Source: Trichodesmium erythraeum IMS101
GTDB taxonomy: Bacteria; Cyanobacteriota; Cyanobacteriia; Cyanobacteriales; Microcoleaceae
NCBI RefSeq assembly: GCF_000014265.1
Contig: NC_008312.1
Coordinates: 2,520,001 to 2,552,000, forward strand
Direction: 5' to 3'
DNA: 32,000 bases
Under the pieces are notes generated by a model. The model worked only from the letters and a program-made list of their open reading frames with translations, was not told where the DNA came from and searched no databases. Position 1 is the stretch's first letter, and every line of letters starts with the position of its first letter. Of the stretch, positions 1 to 8,252 are shown piece by piece. A program made the translations under genes and the position numbers.

Positions 1-14
1 TGGTAGGTAGGCAT
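1..14 (-). CDS. Possible 5' end of a fourth minus-strand gene of the left-end operon, running off the window (only 4 codons visible)
   Basis: Reverse complement of 1-34 reads TTAATTTTTGCGAGGAAAGT ATG CCT ACC TAC CA. GAGGA lies about 5 nt before an ATG at 12-14, 20 nt after the stop (35-37) of the 178-aa ORF. Confidence 0.25.
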
Positions 15-34
15 ACTTTCCTCGCAAAAATTAA

Positions 35-571
35 TTAGTTTTTGGTTAAGAAGTGGTCAAAAAACTTTGAGCCTAGAACGCGATAATACGGCTCCAGGGA
101 AGGTTCCATCAAAGTCCGCAAAAGCTGGCTAAATCCTTCTTTCCATTGTGGAGAAAAAGATTTCCCTTGAGCCAGTTTCTCAAGCATTTCCTCATACATA
201 GCTAACAAGCGCCTGCGCTTTTCTTGATATTCCCCCACTGTCATCTGGGCTACTTCTGCATGAGGAAAAGTACCAACCTCCTTTTCCCAATTTGCTTCCG
301 GCCAAGGATTGCTATAGCGGAAGTTGAGGTATTCGACTATCATTTGGTTAGACCAATCCCAGGTTATTTTGGCAAACGGTGGAAATAAAGCCGTCTGAAC
401 TTTGCTCTGGGTATGAGCACCAAAAAAAGGTAAGGTGACATAGACTTTTCCACCTTTGCGTTGGGGAATTGGCCATCCGCTTTGCGCCTCCATTGGTACG
501 AGCTGGCGAAAAAGTGGAGTTTTGCGGATGTCTTCCATCAAATTTTCAATTTTCTGCTTTGTTTGTTCCAT
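35..571 (-). CDS. Hypothetical 178-aa protein, third gene of the Hsp70-TPR/peptidase operon (immunity or accessory candidate)
   Basis: Complete ORF starting 18 nt after the stop of the 420-aa ORF on the same strand. No family recognised by eye. No obvious signal peptide or TM segment; the core is rich in W/F/P and the C-terminal half looks helical. Confidence 0.6.
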   Translation of the reverse strand: MEQTKQKIENLMEDIRKTPLFRQLVPMEAQSGWPIPQRKGGKVYVTLPFFGAHTQSKVQTALFPPFAKITWDWSNQMIVEYLNFRYSNPWPEANWEKEVGTFPHAEVAQMTVGEYQEKRRRLLAMYEEMLEKLAQGKSFSPQWKEGFSQLLRTLMEPSLEPYYRVLGSKFFDHFLTKN

Positions 572-589
572 GATTTTCGTGCTTAGGTT

Positions 590-1852
590 TTAGACTCCTC
601 CCAATATGCCAAATAAATAATAACCAACGCTAATAATATCGGTACCGCCGACGGCTTTTATCGTTCCACCCATATTATGAACCTTATGACAACTATCAAC
701 CCATCCAACCTGAACTCCTTTGGCATCGTACACATTTCCATCGGCACCTAACTTTCCAACGTAATATCCTTGAGTGTTATAAAATTCACGGGCTTTGACA
801 CTTCCCACCGAGCTACCATTTATATAGCAACTACCATCAGGATAGACATTAAAATAGTCGTTACAGCCCAAGATTAAATCATGGGAATCGTGTTGTTGCA
901 GGTCTCCAGAAAAGATTAAATCTTGTTGGTGAGTATTCTGGTTGTCATGTACGTTAGTAGCAACTAGATAGTTACCGCCCGCGGCCCAAGCCTTCTCAAA
1001 TTGCTCCAAGGGAACCATCATCCCGCCTCCATCAGGAGAGCCGGGATCGTTGAGAACAACTTTTGGATGCAGGGGGTCTGACTCTGGGTATACAATCCCA
1101 GTAACTTCGACTGCATGGTCGGCTTGCTGGCCGGGAATACCTGAGTACTCATTTAAGGTTTGATTTAAGTTTGCCTCTTTCTCTGACATCCAGATTTCTT
1201 CAGAGTTTACTCCTACAATTACCTTTTCTCCACGAGCTAATTTGTCACTCAATTCTAGAGTAGTTCCACCAAAATGACGCTCTACGGGGATGCCGTGTTC
1301 TTCTAAGAGATGGCCAACATGGTATGCTGGTGTTCCGCTACCTGGGTGATAACATCCGTCAGCTATAGCTTCTCTACAGAGATCGTTTTCTGAGAAGTGC
1401 TTTCCCGTGAGGTTTTCCAGAACGAATTGTTGGGAGACAATGGCACAATCATCGGCGTAGCGTTGTTGATGCCAGCATTCCATGTCGTGACCAGGATCTC
1501 CAATCACTAAACCATCGGGGTGTTCTGGGTCAAAGTGTTGGTGAGCCGAATATTCTGACTGGTCTTCGGTGTCTCCTAATAAAGGGGAATAATCGCCGCT
1601 ATCTTCTGCGGGTTGAAAGTGCCAGTCGTCTAGCTGACTGCTAGAATCGTCTAAGAAACTGTAATAATCAGTTTCGTAGGCATCGAAAGTATGCAAATTC
1701 GAGTCATGCTCGTCGTTACCCAAATCATGCTCGGTGTCGGGGGTATCGGAGTCGTAATTATGACCGAGGTCATCAAGGTTCGAGTCAAGAACTTCAATGG
1801 CCGCCTCTTCTAAGCTGTCCGTAACTAGCGAATTGTTATCAAATATGTTCAA
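590..1852 (-). CDS. Papain-like (C39-like) cysteine peptidase domain protein with an acidic His/Asp-rich N-terminus and a C-terminal Gly-zipper hydrophobic tail
   Basis: Motif order is typical of the papain fold: WHQQRYADDCAIVSQQ (Gln plus nucleophile Cys), then QQADHAVEVTG (His), then VVLNDPG (Asn/Asp). The first ~120 aa are low-complexity D/E/H/S. The C-terminus has G-x-x-Y/VG repeats and ends in AVGGTDIISVGYYLFGILGGV. It starts 34 nt after the stop of the upstream gene. Confidence 0.7.
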   Translation of the reverse strand: MNIFDNNSLVTDSLEEAAIEVLDSNLDDLGHNYDSDTPDTEHDLGNDEHDSNLHTFDAYETDYYSFLDDSSSQLDDWHFQPAEDSGDYSPLLGDTEDQSEYSAHQHFDPEHPDGLVIGDPGHDMECWHQQRYADDCAIVSQQFVLENLTGKHFSENDLCREAIADGCYHPGSGTPAYHVGHLLEEHGIPVERHFGGTTLELSDKLARGEKVIVGVNSEEIWMSEKEANLNQTLNEYSGIPGQQADHAVEVTGIVYPESDPLHPKVVLNDPGSPDGGGMMVPLEQFEKAWAAGGNYLVATNVHDNQNTHQQDLIFSGDLQQHDSHDLILGCNDYFNVYPDGSCYINGSSVGSVKAREFYNTQGYYVGKLGADGNVYDAKGVQVGWVDSCHKVHNMGGTIKAVGGTDIISVGYYLFGILGGV

Positions 1853-1886
1853 TTAACCATCCTCCTTGCTATGTAAATAGACGATC

Positions 1887-4515
1887 TTATGACAACAGTT
1901 TTTTGAAAAAGTTAGTCACTCCCGATAATGCTTTTGCTGCTGTTAAGGATTGACGAGCATCTTCGTGGCTAGGATCGAGGCGGATTGCTTCTTCATATTC
2001 CGCAATTGCTTCTTGATATTTGCCTTGTTTAGATAATTTTTCTCCCTTTCGATAGTGTGACTCTGATTCTCGCTTGCACAAGAAATTATCTATCTTGCTA
2101 GCTTCTTTGTCTTGGTTTTGAGTTTGGAATAAATCTCTTGCTTTTTTCAAATTGGCGATACCATCAGTCGTTCTATCTTGCTTGAGCAGGGCATATCCTA
2201 AATTAGCGCGAGCTGTTGCAAAGTTAGGATCGAGGCTAATCGCTTCTTTATAAGCGGCAACTGCTTCATCCTCCTTTTTTTGTTGCTCCAAAGCCACGCC
2301 TAACTTGTTGTGAACTATTGTAAAGTTGGGAGCAATGCCGAGGGCTTTTTTATAAGCATGAATAGCCTCATCTAATTTGCCTTGCATAAAAAAAGCCTGT
2401 CCCAAACCATCATAACCTTGTGCAAGTTTGGGCTCAATACAGAGGGCTTCTTGGTAAGCAGCGATCGCCTCTTCCCACTTTTCTTTAAATCCGAAAACTA
2501 CACCTATGCCACAGTGAGCCAATGGGTTATTGGGATTAAGCTTTAAGGCTTTTTTGAATTTTTGTTCTGCTTCCTCAATATCGTTCAAATAAAGATAAGC
2601 AGTTCCTAAAGCATCGTAAGCATAACTATTATTTGGAGCTATTTCTAAAGCACGGTTGAAATCTTTAATCGCTTCTTGCTGATTTCCCAACCAAGAGTAG
2701 CACTTGCCCCGCTCTGCGTACACGACCGTATATTTATAATTTATTTGCAATGCTTTGTCAAACTCTTCAATTGCTTTTTTTAACTCTCCAGTCTGTTCAA
2801 AATGGATTCCACGCCAACCATAAATATCAGCATCGTTAGAATTCAGACTCAGTGCTTTATCAAAATTATCCATGACAGCCTGATGGTTTCCAAGTGCAGA
2901 ATGAGCCATTGCACGATGAACATAAGCGCCAATGTTATTATTGTTTAACCGAAGAGCTTCTTGAAACTCTTCTAATGCTTTACTATGCTCCTCTAGCTGA
3001 GACAGAATTGCTCCACGGGTATTATAATCATCAGAAGTTTTTGGTATAATTTTCAATCCCTCATGCCAACAATCTTGTGCTTGTTTCTTCTTACCTAACT
3101 GTAAGAAACAGCGACCCTGATCATAATAAGCTAGGGGTAAGTTCGGATTAAGTCTTAGTCCTCGGTCATATATGCTAATTGCCTGTTGGTAATTATTTAA
3201 GCGAAAATCAACATCTGCCCGCTGAACATAAGCATTTGCATAGGCAGGTTCAAATTGTATTGCTCTATCAGCATCTTCGATCGCGATGCTATGCTTTCCT
3301 AGCTTAGTGTAAGCTGCTGATCGCTCTACATACGCCTTGGTATAGTTGGGACTCTCTTGTAAAGCTTGGTTGTACTTAGCGATCGCCCCTTGATGATCGC
3401 CTATATCTTCAAGGTCAATTCCAGCTTGCAGTGGAGCATAGCCAGGATTCCATCCTTCATAAATTGCCGCACCTTTGCAAACTGCTAGGTCTGGATCGTC
3501 TAACTGAAGTACGGATAGATTTAGTTCTTGCTCCAATACTTTCTGCACTAATGGAATCTTACAACTACCGCCTACTAAAATTATCTGATCTATCTGATTT
3601 TTTTTCAGATTGGCGTTTTTGATCAACTGCTTGCACAGTTGGACTGTTTCCTTAACATAAGGAGCAATCATTGATTCAAAAGCACTTCTGGTTAATCGAT
3701 ACTCTTGTAACCCCCCCAGGCAAAGGTAATGTAAATGAGTTTTCCTCCTTTGTGCTAAGACTTTCCTTGAGAACCCGACACAAGTCTGCCAAATAGAGAC
3801 GGGTTCGCAAAGCTTCTATGTCTTTACGATTAGGATTGAACAGCGCGAGCTGTTTTGGACTACAACGCTCCTTTACATCCTCAAATATCTGGCGATCGAA
3901 GTCTATTCCACCACAACGCGCCAAACCAACTGGCGGAGCCATAAACTTATAGCCAGAACCTTTTCTCTGAATTAGAGAAGCATCAAAAGTACCCCCACCC
4001 AGGTCATAAACCAACAAAATTTCTCTGTCCTTGACACTGGTACGCTGGGCATAATAGATGGCAGCAGCAACCGGCTCTTCTACAAGATGTACCTGTCGAA
4101 ACCCAGCAGCTTTACCCGCCTCTTCCATTAAGCGCTTCTTCTAATCTGAGTGAGTTGCGGGCACTGTGAGAACAACTCTTGTTAAGGATCCGCTAATCAT
4201 TTTTTCGGCTTCGCGTTTCAGTTTTCTGATAACCTCGACCACTAAATCTTCAGGTCGGAACTGGCAGCCTCCAATTTGATAAGGAGCAGATTTACCTAAG
4301 TCCCGTTTGAACTGCTCTTTATATCGACTAGAGTCTCTCAAACGCTGGTTGTAGGCCTCGTGACCTACTACCACCTGATTCTGCTTAGTGACATAAACAG
4401 ATGAAGGGAAAGAGTCACCAGGCGTGAAGCGACTATCCCTGACAACAAAAGGAATCCAGCCCCGCATCAAAGTCGCGCTGGAATTACAAGTTCCAAAATC
4501 AATTCCTAACCACAT
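1887..4515 (-). pseudogene. Hsp70-like nucleotide-binding domain fused to ~12 TPR repeats, split into three ORFs by an in-frame TAG and a homopolymer frameshift
   Basis: Hsp70 actin-fold motifs occur in order across the three ORFs: GIDFGTCNS (phosphate-1, ORF 4141-4515), LVYDLGGGTFDASLI (phosphate-2, ORF 3676-4128) and IILVGGSCKIPLVQ (adenosine motif, ORF 1887-3671). No DnaK-type substrate-binding domain follows; instead there are repeated A-x-x-x-(Y/F)-x-x-A-(L/I)-x-x-x-P-(N/D) TPR units. A TAG at 4141-4143 is in frame with both flanking ORFs. Deleting one base of the C7 run at 3711-3717 joins ...TLPLPGG to LQEYRLTRSAFESMIAPYVKETV. Confidence 0.85.
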
Positions 4516-4645
4516 AAATTATATTTAACCAAAGAAGAATGAAAAACAAAATTTTACGGCTACAAGCAACCCACATAAGGTTTTGCTTGCCCCGTCGATG
4601 GCCATTTTTACGAATGTGCTGGTGGCTACATTCAGGACATTGCAT
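4499..4645 (-). pseudogene. Remnant of an IS1-like transposase N-terminal zinc-ribbon (InsA-like), overlapping the Hsp70 start codon
   Basis: The minus strand from ATG 4643-4645 (GGAG upstream) reads MQCPECSHQHIRKNGHRRGKQNLMWVACSRKI... This matches the C-P-x-C...(R/K)KNG-x-x-x-GKQ-x-x-x-C-x-x-C pattern of IS1-type InsA proteins, but the second Cys pair is degraded. The ORF runs out of frame into the Hsp70 start (4515) and stops after 48 codons. Confidence 0.4.
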
Positions 4646-5355
4646 GGGTTTATCTCCCACAGTTGTTAGTCACGTTAATTATTATCTGACCATTAGCACT
4701 CCTAAATATGTTAAGTTTTAGTAAGTTTAGTAGTTTCAGGTTTCAGTTTAATAGCAAACATAGAAAATAATTGAAGTAAAAAGTTCCAGTCGAAAAACCA
4801 GGCCAAAAATCAATAAATTTTGTAGTAAGATGTTATCAATTTGTTAATTTTTAAACCTGACACCTGAAGCATTAATTAACAACTAATTTGATTTTTACCT
4901 AACATCAGGTATTATAATGCAACGAACTATTTTTGGGAAATAGATTCATTCCGCCATCTAACAACGCTATGTTTAATAATAAAATTCAGAACCCTGATAT
5001 CAAAAATGATACTACTAACTATAAGAATAAATTTTAGTCTATTTTTTCTCCGATAAACATAAATCATCAGTATAACCAACAAAAATCTATATCTTTTGTC
5101 AAAAAAAACATAGGCTCATTTGACTAATCATTAATACTAATTCTCAAAAGCTAGGCTATACTAGACATCTCCAAAAATTATCACTTCCCTTACTGTAACT
5201 ATCTTCTCCAGAGCGATCGCTAGCTCCTCCAGATAGTTATTTTTTATGGTATTTATAGTATTACAGATAGTTATTGTTAATTATTTAGCATTTTTATGTA
5301 ATTATTTCTTGCTTTTTACTAGACCTAAAGTTAGAATTTATGTTAACATTAGTGC

Positions 5356-6141
5356 TTAATCTCTTAATCTCACTAAACCACATATTGTTAAAATTACTTT
5401 TTCATAATTACTCTCTTTTAATCTGAATCTTTCTCGTGCAACTTTAAATATTTTTATCAGTCTTATTACATGTTCTACAAATATTCTTTTTTGAGCTTTT
5501 TTTTGATTCTCTTTTTTTACTTTGTATGACATTTTATGGTTTCTTTTTTTTTCTTTGGCGTGTCAATTCTTGACCCACCTTGATAACCTTTATCTCCTTG
5601 AAATCTTTGTTCTTTATCAAACTTTTTTTGTGGTTTTCTGAATAAAATTATATCACTCTCTGGACCTCTTTCTCCTACTATTACATCAACTATTTCTTTT
5701 CCATTATCTGTGATTATTATTTGATTTTTTAACGTATGAATTTTTTGCTTTCCTGAGTAATATTTTTTCTGCTTTTCATCATTTTTTGGCCTGAATATAT
5801 CCTGTTATGTACTATCAACTATCAATTCTATTTCTTTCAAAGCTTCTTTTATCCATAAATATTCGTTTTCTTTTCCCCAGAATTCCTCTAGTAAACTAGA
5901 TGGTAATAATTCCCTCAAAATATTGATCCAAAGCCTGAAAAATATTATTTGCTGTTGATTCACTAACTCCAAATATTGCTCCTAGCAGTTGAAATGTTGG
6001 TAAATGATGCAAATAATATAATGTCAAAATTATCTCTTCCGCCTTGCCTAAAGACTTTTTTCTGACTCCTCCTGCCTTAATTAATCTTTTTTCTTCTTTC
6101 TTCGATCGTCTGTCTTTTTTTGTCTTCAACTTTTTGAGCAT
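5356..6141 (-). pseudogene. IS5-family / DDE_Tnp_4 (Harbinger-like) transposase pseudogene with HTH_Tnp_4 N-terminus
   Basis: ORF 5896-6141 gives ...LTLYYLHHLPTFQLLGAIFGVSESTANNIF (HTH). Homology continues in other frames: FRLWINILRELLPSSLLEEFWGKENEYLWIKEALKEIELIVDST*QDIFRPKNDEKQKKYYSGKQKIHTLKNQIIITDNGKEIVDV..., then GDKGYQGGSRIDTPKKKK / RNHKMSYKVKKENQKKAQKRIFVEHVIRLIKIFKVARERFRLKESNYEKVILTICGLVRLRD*. Lesions are a frameshift in the A5 run 5938-5942, an in-frame TAA at 5805-5807 and a frameshift in the T9 run 5544-5552. Candidate imperfect terminal inverted repeats have the core GTATTACAGATA at 5258-5269 and its reverse complement at 6166-6177. Confidence 0.75.
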
Positions 6142-6550
6142 TTTCTATTAATTTTATTAGTTGTTTATCTGTAATACCAATAATCCTTTTTGTATATGGA
6201 TGGATGATTATAAATATATTCTAATACATTATTCATTTGGGGACAGCATATATATAATTGGGCACTACAATTTTACCTTAATTTCTATTTTGGAGAGGTC
6301 TACTTAGAACCTGGCAAAAATAACTTTCCTTCATAAACGAAGTTACCAATAATATCGAGTATTTGCTCCAACAAATAAATACTATATTATTGAAATAATT
6401 TTATTGTTAACTAACCTCTGTGATTTCTCCAGTCCTAGTTTACTATCTTCCAAGGGCAGCGTAAATGATCAAAAAATGGTATTATATATAATATCATCTC
6501 CAAATAATTAGTGCTCAATAACTTTCTCCTGTAAGTGCCTTTTCTTTCCT

Positions 6551-6592
6551 TCTCGCTTCTGCTTCCAGCCTAAGTGCCTTCTGCCTTCTGCC
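6551..6592. repeat. Degenerate tandem heptamer tract (TTCTGCC-type, about 6 units)
   Basis: tctcgct tctgctt ccagcct aagtgcc ttctgcc ttctgcc, read in 7-nt phase. Intergenic, upstream of ribD. Confidence 0.6.
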
Positions 6593-6785
6593 ATGTAGAT
6601 AAGTATTCAACTGGACATAATATAAGCACCCATAAACCCAGTTTTTTCATAGATGTCTATTGTTCAAACATAAGATTTATCTTAGCAACCAGGTTTATTT
6701 GCGTAAGTTATATTCTCCTAACCAAATGGGTTCTGTATAATTTCTGAAGATGTCTAATATTTAACTTGAAACTAAAAATCTGAAG

Positions 6786-7910
6786 ATGTTGAAATTTGAT
6801 GATAGTGAAAATCAAAATCAGCTCGATCCCTTAATTATGGCTCATTGTCTAGAACTAGCCCGACGTGCTTTGGGTAATACTGCCCCTAATCCTTTGGTGG
6901 GTTGTGTTATAATTAAAAATGGCCAAATTATAGGTGAGGGATTTCATCCTGGTGCTGGTTATCCTCATGCCGAAGTTTTTGCTCTCACAGAGGCGGGGGA
7001 AAAAGCAAGAGGAGCTACTGCCTACGTTAATTTAGAACCATGTAATCATTATGGCAGGACACCACCTTGTACAGACGCTTTAATTGCAGCAGGTGTAGCT
7101 AGGGTAGTAATTGGAATGATTGATCCTAATCCTTTGGTTGCAGGTGCTGGTGTGGCCAAGTTGCAGGATGCTGGTATAGAAGTAGTAGTGGGAGTATTAG
7201 AGGCGGAATGTCGCGAACTGAATGAAGCCTTTATTCACCGAATGCTTTACCATTGTCCTTTCGGAATTTTGAAATATGCCATGACTCTTGATGGTAAAAT
7301 TGCTACCACTACAGGTCATAGTGCATGGGTGACATCTCAGGAGGCAAGGAGTGAAGTGCATAAGTTACGGGCTATTAGCGATGCCGTGATTATTGGAGGT
7401 AATACAGTTCGACGAGATAACCCCTTTTTGACGAGTCGCAGCACTCAAGCTAATAATCCTTTGCGGGTAGTTATGAGTCGTAGTTTAGATTTGCCCACAG
7501 AGGCTAATTTATGGGATGTCAGTGAAGCTCAAACTTTAGTATTTACAGAAATAGATTCTAATCAAGAATTTAAGGAGTATTTAAGGCAAAAAGGGGTGGA
7601 AGTGCTGGAAACTTCGACTTTAACTCCCGCAGTAGTAATGTCTAATCTCTATGATCGCGGATTTCTTTCTGTACTTTGGGAGTGTGGGGGAACTTTAGCA
7701 GCCAGAGCGATGGCTGATGGCGCAGTACAAAAAATTTGGGCTTTTATTGCTCCGAAAATTATTGGAGGGGAAATAGCTCCAACACCAGTAGGGAATTTAG
7801 GGTTAACTAAAATGACGGAGGCTTTTGAGTTAGAAAATATTAGTATGCGTACTGTTGGTTGTGATTATTTATTAGAAGGTTATTTGCATCAGAAAAAGGA
7901 AAAATTTTGA
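6786..7910 (+). CDS. ribD: Bifunctional riboflavin biosynthesis protein RibD (pyrimidine deaminase / uracil reductase)
   Basis: Cytidine/dCMP-deaminase zinc motifs HAEVFAL and PCNHYGRTPPC are followed by a RibD_C-type reductase domain (KYAMTLDGKIATTTGHSAWVT, GGNTVRRDNP). The true start could be the internal Met before AHCLELARRAL. Confidence 0.9.
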   Translation: MLKFDDSENQNQLDPLIMAHCLELARRALGNTAPNPLVGCVIIKNGQIIGEGFHPGAGYPHAEVFALTEAGEKARGATAYVNLEPCNHYGRTPPCTDALIAAGVARVVIGMIDPNPLVAGAGVAKLQDAGIEVVVGVLEAECRELNEAFIHRMLYHCPFGILKYAMTLDGKIATTTGHSAWVTSQEARSEVHKLRAISDAVIIGGNTVRRDNPFLTSRSTQANNPLRVVMSRSLDLPTEANLWDVSEAQTLVFTEIDSNQEFKEYLRQKGVEVLETSTLTPAVVMSNLYDRGFLSVLWECGGTLAARAMADGAVQKIWAFIAPKIIGGEIAPTPVGNLGLTKMTEAFELENISMRTVGCDYLLEGYLHQKKEKF

Positions 7911-8045
7911 GTCTTTTTATAAGACATTTACAGCATATTTCAAGTATATGAGTTACAAGTATTAATATTCAAACCTCTCAGGGCTTTTTGGAAAATGGGG
8001 TTTCAGGGGAGATTTCTCAACTAAGAATCAATTTGCTATAATACT

Positions 8046-8173
8046 AAGGGGTTTGGAATACTTGTTACAAGTGCTAGGGATATTCCATGTAATGGACCTA
8101 GGTTAAACTGAAGTTAGAGTAAATCTTGAAACCATATGGGGGATCGCGATAGAGATAACTGCTCTTTTATATT
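8046..8173. repeat. Short copy (~128 bp) of a MITE-like dispersed repeat; second copy at 22318-22573
   Basis: The 5' arm ggaatacttgttacaagtgctagggatattccatgtaatggacctaggt and the 3' arm gaagttagagtaaatcttgaaaccatatgggggatcgcgatagagataactgctcttttata both match the corresponding arms at 22318-22573. Confidence 0.6.
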
Positions 8174-8252
8174 TTGAGTGGCTATTTTTGAACGTATGTT
8201 ATCAAGATGTAACTTTTTAGTAAACTATTTTTTCACCGGTGGTATTGTAAAA

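Noticed and set aside
3431-3622. 63-aa + strand ORF inside the TPR region. Similar short ORFs occur at 9691-9873, 12813-13082, 19572-19754, 20997-21221, 26067-26318 and 26983-27195.
   Set aside because: All lie antisense to, or out of frame within, well-supported longer genes. None has a recognisable motif or RBS. They are treated as shadow ORFs.
4141-4143. The TAG as a programmed recoding (read-through or pyrrolysine) site.
   Set aside because: No supporting context was seen, such as a downstream structure or known machinery, and the same gene carries a second independent lesion. A simple nonsense mutation is the more economical reading.
4539-4721. 60-aa + strand ORF upstream of the Hsp70 gene.
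   Set aside because: The opposite strand of the same bases carries the recognisable IS1-like zinc-ribbon fragment. The + strand product is Cys/Trp/Arg-rich nonsense typical of an antisense reading.
6142-6785. An FMN (RFN) riboswitch upstream of ribD.
   Set aside because: No RFN-like conserved core was seen. The region instead holds heptamer repeats and AT-rich sequence. An Rfam RF00050 scan would be decisive.
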